A stretch of 64,000 nt of DNA, taken from the NCBI RefSeq assembly GCF_009834535.1, contig NC_045732.1:30008001-30072000 (forward strand), given 5' to 3'. Origin of the DNA: Camelus ferus (taxonomy: Eukaryota). Below the pieces are notes generated by a model. The model ran no database searches and was not told the DNA's origin. It saw nothing but the letters and a program-made list of their open reading frames with translations. Both the position numbers and the translations under genes were made by a program. Positions within the stretch are counted from its first letter, which is position 1, and each line of letters starts with the position of its first letter. Of the stretch, positions 25,069 to 37,663 are shown one piece after another.

Positions 25069-25890
25069 CAAGGCTACTCAGCATGTTGTCTTCAGACCAG
25101 CATCATTGCTATAATCTAGGTACTTGTTAGAAAAATGGAGAATTTCAGGTCCTACCCCAGACCTACTGAATAAATCTTCTTATTGCTAGTGTTAGAGCAG
25201 GCAGAGAGCTAGATATGAGCAGAGAAAGGGGGACACAGACCAAATGGCAGGAAATGGGCAAAAAGGAGGAGCACAAGCCAAATGTAGGAAACCATACATC
25301 ATGTAAGCACCAGGAGTCCCTGAACAGAGAAGCAGCAGCAGGAACCTCTGGGCCATAAGTGGTCACACCTTTGGGGGTGATAAGACGCCGACAAAGAAAG
25401 GTGGGAAAAGGCTGGAATTTCTAGTGTCCAAATGTAACCTTTTGCTCATTATGCCCTCATTTCAATAAAATTAGCCTTGCACATCAGAAGTACCCATCAT
25501 TCAAACAACGCCATGACACTTCCGATCCAGACTAAATAAGGACAAAAATCCCTCCTCCCTTTGGGAAAGTGGAGTTGGGATGATAATCAGCAAATACGAC
25601 CCCAAGCCCTTCCCTCCTCAATGAATATTCCACCCATTCATTTTTACACCCTATGTAACTAACTTGCCAAAGAAACTCAGGGCAGCTGCTCACCTGAGCC
25701 TGCCGGCTCTCCCCTTGAAAGTGTACTATCCATCCTTTAATAAATCCTCACTTTGCTTTTCTTAACCTCTAAGTCTTGTCTCTGAATTCTTTCTGGGATG
25801 GGACAAGAACCTGGGAAACTGTTTGGATCCACCAGCAACACTAGGATCCCCAAGTGATTTTTTATACACATCAAAGTTTGAGAAGAACTG
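25069..25890 (+). mobile_element. MER5A split by LTR copy B (halves about 25069-25189 and 25841-25890)
   Basis: Left half cagaccagcatc...tacttgttagaaaaatg...ccccagacctactgaat; right half ccccaagtgatttttatacacatcaaagtttgagaagaactg completes the consensus. Confidence 0.85.
25190..25840 (+). mobile_element. ERV1 solo LTR, copy B (same family as copy A)
   Basis: TG...CA termini (tgttagagcagg...accagcaaca); 4-bp TSD CTAG (25186-25189 and 25841-25844); AATAAA at 25739-25744; no PPT upstream. Confidence 0.92.
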
Positions 25891-27109
25891 CTCAAAATAA
25901 TATTCTAGAGGCCATGGAAAGTACTGAATGATTTTAAGCAGAGAAGGAACATGACTTAATTTACATTCCAGAAAAAAAATTACTCTGTATCCATTCATTT
26001 CTTCAGGATCTATGTGCTGGGCATTCAACTAACAGCTGGGAATTCAGTGCTACTTAAGGTAGATTAGATGAATCTCTCCATTCACTATTTATTCAACAAA
26101 CATTTATTGCATGCTGACTTTGATTTGACCTCTCAAGCTTGATTCAGAAATACTCCTACACTGATGACTACATTTTTAAATGAAGTCAAGTTGTGTTGGC
26201 CAGGACAAATAATCGTTGAGAATCTCCTAGGATGCTTTACTCAGAATTGCTTCACACTATCAGGCTGGTGGCTCAAACAAGAAAGGTTTTGTTGATGTAG
26301 TTTTATAAATTGTTACTGCAATGATATTTGCTGTATTGGAACTTGACTCAGTACCAGTTGTAGTATAAGATACCAATCAGTATTGGTTTTGAAAATCAAC
26401 AATATGAGATGTACAGCTTGCAAATTTAAACTTTAATATTAGATAATAGAGATGATATCAATACCATTTTTTGGTAACATATGCAAAGGATTGTCCTTTG
26501 GTGACTGAAAAGGAAAACAATAAATTCTAAGTATGTGGAGGCTCTGCTTTTTAATAATAGCCAATGTCTTATCAGAACTCATACAGATTTGGTGTTAGGA
26601 GCTCTGGAAATCTAGCTAGCCTGTTTCATGTATGTTCTAGTCTTGTTTCCTATGTGCAAGTCAGTGGGCAATGAGTGCTCAGCTTTACTTTAGGTATTCT
26701 GGGTTGCTTTGATTGCTTATGATCCACTAGGCTACAATCACTGTAGGAAAAAGTGACCACTGTGTCTAAATGTAAAACCATCATGTCCCTGACTCAGTAA
26801 CTTTCTGACTGTAGGGACATTGCATTTACTTCCTGAGTGTTAATGGTTGGGTGTTACTCTAAGACTCTTTAATTACACTCTTATAGTCTCATAAAGTTTG
26901 GAGGACACCCTATACCTTGGACTCTGACAGATTCCCTGAGGGAACAGAGATCTAGGAAAACTTCCCCAGGAGAAGCCAGCCTAGTACTGGAGTGGAATCA
27001 AGCTGTGATGTTCAGCCTTCTTGGTGACACGTGACTCCTTTCACCACAGGTCATTTTGTTTAGGATTCTCACATGGCTCATTTTCAGTGAGAGGATGTTC
27101 TAACGGGGA

Positions 27110-27325
27110 AACTGTGGCTCTGGAAGCAATCAGACCAAGGTTCAATTCCAGCCATCAATACTTACCAGCTGTGGAACTTTGTACAAAACCTTGTGTTTCT
27201 TTTATAACTAGTTCTTTTATCTACATAACGGTAATAATAATAACAGCTGCCTTGCAGAGTTGTTTGGAGAGTTAAATGCATATGGTACCTGGAATTTAAT
27301 GGGCTGTAAGTAAATATTAGTTTCT
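27110..27325 (+). mobile_element. MIR SINE
   Basis: ggctctggaagcaatcagaccaaggttcaattccagccatcaatacttaccagctgtgg...aataataacagctgccttgcagagttg. Confidence 0.7.
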
Positions 27326-27559
27326 TTGGGATTATTAAAGACACTTAGCAAATGTATATTTACCTAAAGTCACAATAGTCACTAATATTTTTGAACAGAT
27401 GAGTTAAGTGAATTGAGAAGCCCGTCATAAAGAATAAACCCTGAGGAAAGAGGCTGTTCCATTATATTCTCTGAAGTATGTGAAAGGCAGAACAAAAAAG
27501 GGAGGGTTGTAGAAATAAGACTAATATCCAAGAAGACAGTGGACTCCAGTTCTTAGAAC

Positions 27560-27700
27560 CACTGAATATTAGGACTGAAGATATCACCAAACCGTCTATT
27601 TTAGGGATGAGGACACTGAAGCCAAGTGAAGTGAAATAACTTGCCTAAGGCCTAGAGTTAGAACACTACCAAGTAAGGGTGGAAAGCCAAAGCCCAGGTG
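27560..27700 (-). mobile_element. MIR fragment
   Basis: ctattttagggatgaggacactgaagccaagtgaagtgaaataacttgcctaagg is the reverse MIR core. Confidence 0.7.
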
Positions 27701-28179
27701 AATGAGAAGCTTCAAAAAGGAAGAAAAAATGTGGAAAAAAAAAAGATCAGCAAGAGGAATGGAGAACTTCAGACCATCGTGTGGCATTGTAATCCCATTG
27801 CCCCTGTCCTCCCAATAGGAGATACTCCTCAGTGTAAATCATTGAAATTCTTTGGCTTCCCATATGGAAGTACCAAATTGTGGCCAGAGTTTCTGCCATT
27901 AAACACTCAAGATCCCCTACAACCATGAACATGGAGGAAGAATGGTGCATTCTAATATTCTTGTTGTATCAAAGACTCTCAGAGACGAGCAGTTTTCATA
28001 CTGACCAATTAAAATGGAGCACCAAAAACAGTACATTCAAGTGATAGCCTTTGTACTTTTGCCCAAAATCATTTTAAAGACTATCACAGATATGGAGCAA
28101 CAGGTACTGTTATGAAGACCCTGTCTAAACAGCCATGTATTCCAAGAGTGCATGCCATTGAATAGTATTTCCACACAGA

Positions 28180-29340
28180 AGACTCTTAAACATCTATCTC
28201 TAACCCATGCTTTTTCCCTGAATCCCAGACTTGTATCTAACTACATTCTCTTTTACTTTACTATGATGTTTAACAAGCTTTCAAACAGGTACAACAACAA
28301 ATTATTACTTCCACTTCCACCCATCTATCATCTAACCTGTTCCTTCCATCATTTTCTCCATTCTATCCACTCTATCCATCTTGGAGTCATCCTGGGCTTC
28401 TCTCTTTGTTTTACACCCCACACTCCATTCATCAGAAAACTCTGGTAGTGCCACCTTCAAAGATATCCAGAATTCATCTACTTCTCATTATATCCACTGA
28501 AAACACTCCAGTTTAGAACCACCATTACTTCTCACTTGAATTATTGCAACGGCCCCTGCTTCCTTACTAGCTACCCTATTGTCTGTTTTCCATTCAGCAG
28601 CTAGGGTGTCCTATCAAAGCCTGAGTCAGTTTATCTCACTTCTTTCTATAAATGATAATTCCATTCATATTAATTTATTGAAAAGACAAAATTATAGAGA
28701 TGGAAAACATATTAGTGGTTTCCAGGGATTAGGGATGGGGATGAGGGGTCTGGATGACATGACTATAAAGGAGTAGCTCAAGACACTTCACAGAGGCTGT
28801 GAAGATAGAACCATTCTGTATCTTGATAGTGGTGGTAGTTACATGATTCTATACATGATATAAATTTACATACAATACAAACAGAAATGAGTATTTGTAA
28901 ATACTGGTGACATTGGAATAATGCCAGTAGATTGTACCAATGTCAATTTCCTGGTTTTGATATTAAATATATTTATATGAGATGTTAGTCATTAAGGAAA
29001 GCTAGGTGAAGAGTACTACACAACTCTCTAAACTATTTCTGTGACTTCCTATTGAGTCTTTATTTATTTAAAAAATTTTTTAAAGTTTTAAAAATACCAG
29101 ACACATGTGCCCTTTCTCAAGACTTTGCATTTGCTTTTTCCTCCACCTGAAATTTTCTTCCCACACACATCTGAATAGCTAATTCCCTCACTTCCTTAAG
29201 ATTCCTGTTCAAAGACCACCTTATAGAGGCCTTCCTAGTATTCCATATACAGAACAGCAATCCTGGCACTCTTTCTCTATCTCCCTTACCCTGCTTTAGT
29301 TTTATTCTTAACAATATTTGATGAATGAATAAATGAGTGA
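28180..29340 (+). mobile_element. L2 interrupted by an L1 (L2 pieces about 28180-28645 and 29095-29340)
   Basis: L2 body (catccagaattcatctacttctc...cattacttctcacttgaattattgcaac) resumes after the L1 and ends aatatttgatgaatgaataaatgagtga. Confidence 0.75.
28650..29085 (+). mobile_element. L1MC/L1MD 3' end nested in L2
   Basis: ttccattcatattaatttattgaaaagacaaaattatagagatggaaaacatattagtggtttccaggg...gtagattgtaccaatgtcaatttcctggttttgatatt. Confidence 0.85.
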
Positions 29341-29974
29341 ACAGGTAAAGCTACGAAAAGGAAAAGTCATGCAGAATGGCTTAACGAGAAAGTTTTCGTT
29401 TTCACTTTTCACTCTGACAAAATTACTCACATTCTTTGACACTATTAAAAAAAACACCTGGGAAAAGAGAAAGAAAATTTGTTCTTACTGCTTCCATGAT
29501 ACAAACAAAAACAAACAGCATTATTAGCAGCAGCTGTTTTTCTTTTTATAATGCACTTGAGTGTTACCATGTCAAACTGTATTACGGATAGAACATAGCA
29601 CACATGGATAAAAGTAAGTAACTTTCCTGGGAAGAATCAATACAGACAGTCCCCAGGTTACAAATGGGTTGTGCTCTGCACATTTGAAAGGCAGTTGTTT
29701 AATGATCTGCTAGATGCTCTCTAACCTTTCTAGCTGGGTTGGCTTCACCGCCTACCTTTGCATCTAGGCATATCCTCTTCCCTGGAATCAAGCCTGTCCC
29801 TAACCACAGGAATCTAACATGGTTAGAGTTCACAGGTTAGTAAACAAATGATATTTCATCTACAAATGAGCTGAAATATTGTATAAATAGTGCTGGTCTG
29901 ATTCTGCATGCTGGGAGTAGCAATTCAAGTATAGACTTGAAGGGAGTTTAATGATACACGCACACAAGAAAGGC

Positions 29975-30190
29975 AATGCCACGTATGGTTGAAAGTGTGG
30001 GCTCTGAAATCTGGCATATAATGGAATCAAACTGTCACTTTCCACCTTTGTGATACTGGCCCAGTTCCTTAACCTCTTGAAGACTTAGTTTCCTCAACTA
30101 TAACTTGGAAATAATAATTAGGATTACCTGCCAGGATTCTTTTGAGAATGAAAGGAGGTAAGTATTTAACACATAGCCAGAGTTCCATAA
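29975..30190 (+). mobile_element. MIR SINE
   Basis: gtgtgggctctgaaatctgg...cagttccttaacctcttgaagacttagtttcctcaactataac. Confidence 0.7.
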
Positions 30191-33100
30191 CATTACATCC
30201 TATTGTATCTGGCTCTTTTAGTCTGAGCTCTGTAAGTTATGAGTGATATTTTAGACATCTTGATAACCCAAGGGCCTAATAAAGTCTCTAGTATGTTGTT
30301 AGTGCTCAATATGTATATCTGGTGAATGACTATTAAAGAAATACATTCATTCACATACTGGAGATGGATGTATTTAAGGATAGGCAAGAGGCCTTTAATG
30401 TGAGAGTTTATCCCTCTGAGATATTTTGCTTTCACCTTCTTCCCTTTCCCTTCTCATTCTCCACTCACAGAACTGCTAAAAGGCTGTTCTTCTCCCACCT
30501 CTCCCCACTTCCCATTGGAAGGAACAGTAGGGAAATTTAAAAATAAATATCATTCATTCTGCATTTTTCTCTTTTGGTTGGAATTTTCAGGTCAATATTT
30601 CATAAAAGACATTTTATTAAAAAGATGTTTTCATTAAAAGGGAAAAACAACTCATTTATACAAGAGAAGCAGGGGCTGCCTATTGCATCATCCTTTGACT
30701 TCAGTTATGTGGATCCTACCTGCAGGCTGGAGCCTGCCCCATCACTGAAGGGCCTGCTGGCCCAAAGATGAGAACATGAAGAGCCCTAGAATAGTTGTGC
30801 ACTGGCATGATCTCTGTTTGCCATGGTAAACCACCTCTCGAGGAGCCATTTGTCCACTGGCCCATTTCTGGTTAAGATGCCTGACTTGATTCCCAGGCTC
30901 CCAAGCTAGATTACAGACACCTGCTATAAGTCCTCCCCAATCCTAGACTAACACATAATGTTTTGATCTCTGGAATTCTGGGCAGTGATCCTACTTAGTT
31001 GCGTCCTACCTCCTTATGGTCTCTACACACTGATATCTTGCTTTCAGCCTTACCATTGGACTCTTCTGCTTCTCTTCTAGAAGTGAAAGAGTTCAAGCAA
31101 TTTTAATAATCTCAAAAATAACTTTAACAGACTGACATTAAATCAAGCCTTGACCAATTACAGTTTAAAAAAAAATTTAAATTCCCTGAGGGAAAGTAGG
31201 ATAGTAAGGAAATGACTTGAAGAAAACAGTTTCGATATATAACCAATTTTCCTTAATATTTAACCTAAATTTTCTCTTCTGAGCTCAAGCTGATTATTTT
31301 CCTGTCTTTGATGGCTAGTGCAAATAATTGGTCCCTCTCCTCTTTATCACCTCCTTGAACTAAAGTCTTCCCTTGATGTTTTCTCATGCATGAACATGCC
31401 AGTACCACTTACCCCAGTCTAGTAAAAAGACTTCCAAAAATTAGCAGGTTAGCAAAAACTACACAAAATATATTCAATCCTTGCTAAACTTCTGAAAGCC
31501 ATAGCTCTTCTGTCCATATGACTCCACTCCTTTCTTTTTTCTGTTTACTTAGCTAGGGACTCAAGTACACTGCCTCTGTAATTTGTTCCCGCTTTGAGTT
31601 GATTGACTGATCTGTCCTTGATTATGCATAGCTCCTAGTTATGAATCGTACAGAAAGAAATACATCTCCGTTCTAAACTGTACTAGGCTAATGGATAAAT
31701 TCATAACTGGTCATGGTACCAAGAATTGTAGAATCTTCCTCTTTCAAGGCAGTGCAACCTATGAGATGCCAAGTCCCTGAAGGAGGCATGGATTTGTCAA
31801 AAATGGATGGTATGAATGGGCTCCATTATAGTTAATGATTTTAGGGCTTTGTTTAAAAATTACTGCCTAGGCAAAGGCAGTTAATCGATCTATATACGCT
31901 TTCATTATGAATATTGCTCATCATCACACATACTTTGCATTATGGACTTGTCCCTTGAGGTCCTAAAGAACAAAGTTCTCATAGTCTCCCAACAAACCAC
32001 TTACTATAAGAATGAAAGAAAGGAATAAAAGGGGATATTAAAAAAAAATAATCACCTATTCACATCACTCCTATCTTGACTTCTTAACACCCTAAGTGTA
32101 TGTATTTTATGCCATCACAAGGCCAACTGGTTTCATTAGTAAATATTTCTTGTTTATCCTGGCTTATCTCCCATCTGTTAATAACTATGGGGTGTATATT
32201 AATGAAACTTGTGGATTCCCCAGGTAACTTTACTTAAGTAACAGCCATTAAAAAAAAGAAAAAAAAGAACACTGGCCTGCTAGCAACAGAATAAGCACAC
32301 TGCGTTGTTTAACTTTTAGCTGTGACAATTTTCTCTGAACCATTCTCACTCTTGTCACTGATTTCTGTAAGACATTGAGATTGGGATTGAGGACATAAAC
32401 TCTGTCCTCCACATGATTCATATAAAGTCTTACATTGATTTATATATCAGTACATTGCTCTAGTCAAGCTGACTTCCATCACTTTGGTTAAGTCAAACAT
32501 CTACAATAATTTCCTAAAATATGGACTGAGAAGTATAAATTCATAACAAGAGGTTTCTATGCATCCACATATAAGGTAATGCTGGTGAACTGAGAAAATA
32601 TTGGCAATCTGAAAATGAAATGTTGTAGGAGGTTTGGGTGAAACTGGAAGTAAAATTTTAACAATAACTATAAATGTGGCCTCTCCATGGGTCCATCTGT
32701 CCACAATCTCATGCCATCTGCCCCTTCTCTAGAGTTGCCATGGAAGACAAAGTTCCACTACTTCAGCTACCTAATTTTTATTTAGAGAAAAGATGGGTGT
32801 CATTTTCAGTTTTAATTGAGATAAGAGTGTTGTAATATTTGTTTATTCCATCATGTTTCTTTTTTTTTGTTTCCACTCATTTTGTTTTCCCTTAGTACGT
32901 GTACATTTTTTACTTTTGACATCAATATAATGACAGCAAAGGAAAAACTGCACATATTATCTTCTTAATTTTGAAAGAAAGGAAGGAAAAATCATCAACC
33001 AAAGGATTTAATTTCAATATGTGTGATAAGAATATCTTTTTCCTGAATGTTTTCCCCTATAATCTCTGCTTCAGCAAGTACTTTCTTTTTCCCTAGTTTT

Positions 33101-33309
33101 TTTTTTTTTCCTGAGAATTGATGGGCTACATCCATTGGTATTCATGCTATAACTCTACCACACCTGATACTTTTGATATATTTTCATATTTCCCAAAGAG
33201 AAAAAAATAAGGGTTTAAGAAAACCACGGATGCTGGAATAATAAAATTAGAAATTTTTATGTCTCCCATTTTTTGTGCTTGTAATTTTCCTGTTTCCTTT
33301 CAGATTCAT

Positions 33310-33760
33310 TCCTCTCACGTTCCTTGCAACCTGCATTTCTTTCCCCCAAACCCTTGCTAATTGGCTTCCAACTGGGTTTGGTCAATGAGAAACACAGATA
33401 AGAGACTGGCAGGTGGGAGGAAGACAGGAACAAGGATATTTCTTTCCATTTCTCTCTGCTTCTGCTGGTGACCCCAGCAGGGGCTGCAAATTCCCTATGG
33501 TTCCAGTGTGCACTGGAAAAACTCTCCCTCCTTGGTTCCAACTCCCAACCAGCAGTGCCCATTCTGAAACCAGCTACAGCCCAGTTGGTATGGCTCTCAA
33601 GACCTGGTAAATATCCCCTACTTCCTTATTCCTAAAAACCTAGAGGTGGTAATTCTTTCCCTTAGATGTTAATCTCTGGGCTGCTTCACTACTCCCTGTT
33701 GGGCTTTTTAATGGTCTCAACATCTTTGTAAATTGTCTCTTGTATTAAATTTATTGTACC
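33310..33760 (+). mobile_element. ERVL LTR (LTR16/LTR33-like)
   Basis: ttggcttccaactgggtttggtcaatgaga...gttaatctctgggctgcttcactactccctgttggg...ctttgtaaattgtctcttgtattaaa. Confidence 0.65.
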
Positions 33761-33764
33761 TGAA

Positions 33765-33977
33765 CAGGGTTTCTCAATCTTATTACTACAGATATTTTGG
33801 TGCTGGTAATTATTCACTGTGGAAGGCTGTCCTGTGCCTTGCAGGGTATTTAGTAACATCTCTGCCTCCACCCATTAAATATCAATAACACCTCTGCTTT
33901 TGTGACAACCAAAAATGCCTCCAGACATTGCCAATTGTCCCTTGAGTGGCAGAATCACCTGTGGTTGGGAACCACTG
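33765..33977 (+). mobile_element. MER20 hAT MITE
   Basis: TIRs cagggtttctcaa...ggttgggaaccactg; internal tgtgacaaccaaaaatgcctccagacattgcc. Confidence 0.9.
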
Positions 33978-35619
33978 TATTAGGCTAGAGCAGCTGTTCT
34001 TCTGACTGGATCATAACTGATACACTCTCTTGAATTGGATTTACACCAAGTATCCTTTAAAATGAGATTGGAATAGGAGCAAATGGAGATACATATCTAT
34101 ATCTACATATAAAACTAATTACAGTCATATTAGTAGACAAATCTTCTCTGATAAATGAATAAATATATTAACATGAAAATAACTAAAATCTTGATCTGTT
34201 TTTCTGAAGATTAATAAATATTTTATTTTGGTCAGCTAACCTGTAATATATTTTCATTTGATTAACCATCATAGGTCTTTGAAATGCTTCATAAAATATG
34301 AAGCTTTATATATTTAGGTAAGTAACATTACATATCCCATAATTTAACTGATATATAAAAAGATAGTCAGAGAAGCAAAGTTTTAGGGGGAAGAAATACA
34401 CAATAACATTCCTTTATTCCCACCAAACACTATGTCAGCCAATTTTCTCCTGAGCACTAATATCTTCCCAATAAAGATATCAGATTCTTTATTTTCCACA
34501 GATTAATTCTTCCTCTATTAATGCTTTTGTCTCTAATTTTATTTTTATTGCTGTTTCCCTTGCCTAACGCTAGTAGTAGGATTTAAAAGAATCATTAACT
34601 CACACACTTTTATTCACACTTTGTTGAACTAGTACAATAGTGAGTTTCAGTGAAGCTGTAGTAAGAATTCTCATGTGCTTTGTTGCAGCTATAGAAAAGC
34701 AACACTCAATTTCATCTAAGAAACAAGAGAAAGGAAACATGAAGATAAAGTCTATATAAGATAATTTGCATAAATGAACAAAAATGTGTAAATTTTCTTG
34801 AAATACATATACATAGACCTATATTTAAGATGTTCATCATATTTTAAATTTTATTTTTATAATTTATACATTTCATAATCATGTAATATGACCAAACACT
34901 ATGTTTTAAGTGTGGTATTCACATTATCAACATCTACTGTTCACTTATCAAAGTGTAATATTCATCTTATCAATGTTACTCCATCAAAATTAAAAATGGC
35001 TAATTAAAGAAGAAAATTAATTCTTCTTAATGTTACAAGAAGCATTCCTCCCCCTTAAAGTAGAGGACCACTTAATCAATTCAACATGTCCATAGCTCAT
35101 ATAAAAAAACAGATGGGGTTAGTAAAATAGGAGAAAAAAAAATAATAGCTTGCTACTGTTTGAGCCTTAATTAGGAAGTTATCAAATATACGATTGATTA
35201 TTCATCTCAGGGAATCACGTGGTTTCAGAAATAAGACAAGAAGGAAAGAAAGGGCTGAATTTCCCTGAATGATTTGTAGACTTTATTCATTACAAACTCA
35301 ATAATCTTTTACTTGTTTGGGGAAACTTTTTTTTTTTAATTTCATATCATTGTTCATAATGATATAAGAAAAAAGGAAAGGGAAATATATCACAGGCCAC
35401 ATGATGGAAATCACTGAAATTATGTCAGGCATTTGCTTTTAAATATTTATATCGTTCATACTATATAGAAATATAATTTAAGGGGTAGAATATAACATTA
35501 TACTTTTTTGAATATATCAATTCTGAAAATGCCACAGAGTCTAAATTTAGTTAAGATGTCCTCCCTCTCCCTTTTCTAGCCAGTGAACTCTATTTCTTTC
35601 TCATGATCACCTGAATATT

Positions 35620-35885
35620 ACTGGCACTGTGAAACTTTTTTCAAGTTCCACACTCAAAATCATTTGTTGTTGTGCTCTCCCTCTTAAGATATCCTCTATT
35701 ATACAAGGTTTTAATCTTGGATTTATACTATATAGTACATTGTAATTTTGCCTGTATGACTCACTCACATGTGAGTTTACTGAAGTCAGAGACCAGTTAT
35801 TCAATTCTCTATTCATGGGGCAGATTTCTTACAACATTGCTCATATATAGAGGCCATTTGAAATGTGTTTATGAAATTGAATATA
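35620..35885 (+). mobile_element. L2 3' end
   Basis: ttgtaattttgcctgtatgactcactcacatgtgagtttactgaagtcagagacc...tgctcatatatagaggccatttgaaatgtgtttatgaaattgaat. Confidence 0.6.
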
Positions 35886-36121
35886 TTTAAGTAACTTGAA
35901 TTGAGAAATTAGGTAAAAGTTGAAGGTTTTGCATAATTTAAAAGATGTGGATCAAAATAAAAATCACAATGTATCTTGAATATGCTATCATTTGGTGGTA
36001 TCAGAATGACGTGGGTAAGTATGGGATTTTGTTTTAAAGACATTAAAACTACAAACGCATATATTTTTTCTTAATTCTGACTCAATTTCCTTTGCAGGAT
36101 GAGACACCTGACAGTTGTGTA

Positions 36122-36250
36122 NNNNNNNNNNNNNNNNNNNNNNNNNNNNNNNNNNNNNNNNNNNNNNNNNNNNNNNNNNNNNNNNNNNNNNNNNNNNNNN
36201 NNNNNNNNNNNNNNNNNNNNNNNNNNNNNNNNNNNNNNNNNNNNNNNNNN
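36122..36250. other. Assembly gap (129 N)
   Basis: Run of N. Confidence 0.99.
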
Positions 36251-37259
36251 TCACATTTTCAGCAACATATGTATTTTGGGGTACACTATTTCAATAACCT
36301 AATGACAATAAAAAAAAGGATCACTGGAGAAAAAAGACACTCCTCATGAGCAAAGTCGTAACCTAGAAGAGGTAGGTCACATTCACACATTAAATAATGA
36401 TCAACTATTCCTGCCTGAAAAATCATAGAGGGGTTTTTAGTAAAGCAAGTGTTACTAAGCAACTAATCTTCTGCCTGTATATTTCTGATGTTTCCTGCAA
36501 AATCATTTTATACACTAGACTAATCAATTAAAATAGTTTAATTCTAAGGGCATTTTCCTTCTAACTGCAATTCTGAATGTTTATATGTATGCTTTAGGAA
36601 ATTGAGTTTTAAAAAGAAAGACTGAAAACTTTTCTTCTCCTGTTATTTGATTAATGTGCATTCAACCTGTTGCCAGACTATTTTGTTCCATTTTTTATGT
36701 AGTATGGTAAGATATCATGTATGAATAAGGTGAAATACAATTGACAGCACTACTTTGCATTCAGGTTTTCAAGGTGAATAGAAATAAAAACAGATGGCAT
36801 AAAGCTACATAAATGCATTGTTAATTGTTATAGAAAAAATGGCCAAGAGAAAAGGCTGCAAGAGTCGACAATTAGATAAAAGGTCTTGCTTTAAACAAAT
36901 TAGAAACTTGGTGAGAGAGTTGATTAAGCACCATCAAGGTTATAAACAAAAGGTGACCCCACATGATTTTAATTTATAATTCTCTTGCCAGAAAAAAGAC
37001 ATTACAAATATATAAATTTATTCTGTGAAAATGAAGTTGCCAGAGACTAGATAAGACTGACCAACAGGCTGCCAACTGTGTTTCTAACCACTGTAATTGC
37101 ACTGATGGACCTTATCATTAACTACATTTCTAGCCCTTACTTTTCATAACCAGAAAAGGAGAGAGAAAAAGGAAGAGATAAATCTTTTTGGTGTTATAGT
37201 CTCTAATTATAGGCTTCCCCAAACGGTCGATGCTTATTGACAAATTGTTAGCTCTAATG

Positions 37260-37482
37260 CAGGAGTCTGCAAACTACAGCCCTCAAGCCAAATGTGGCCC
37301 CTGCCTCTTTCTGTAAATACAGTTTTATTAGAACACCGCGATACACCTTCATTTACATATTGTTTATGACTGCCTCCACATTACAGTGGCAGAATGGAGT
37401 AGTTGCAAAATGCACCTTATAGCCCACAAAATCTAAAATGTTTACTATCTGACCTTTTACGGAAAAAGGTTGCTGACCCGTG
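37260..37482 (+). mobile_element. MER58A hAT MITE
   Basis: caggagtctgcaaactacagccc...ttgctgacccgtg; 8-bp TSD ctctaatg / ctctaaag (7/8). Confidence 0.9.
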
Positions 37483-37592
37483 CTCTAAAGCAATCGGTCT
37501 CTTTTTGGAGCTATGATAAATTAAAAACAAAACACAGCTATGGTTCACATACATCTTATTTTAAAAGTAAAATTAGTTTTCCTCTCCCATAG

Positions 37593-37663
37593 ATACTCCC
37601 CTCCCCTTCTCAGAAGAGGCGTAGCTTCCAATTTCAAGGAGCGACCAAAGCAGAAGTGCACTA
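37593..37663 (+). other. Candidate 71-nt exon (unverified)
   Basis: Acceptor ttagttttcctctcccatag and donor CTA/gtaagt; GC-richer than flanks, with 2 CpGs. Confidence 0.22.

Noticed and set aside
23336-25840. Single provirus with a deleted internal region
   Set aside because: Each LTR has its own TSD, there is no PBS or PPT, and the spacer consists of host repeats.
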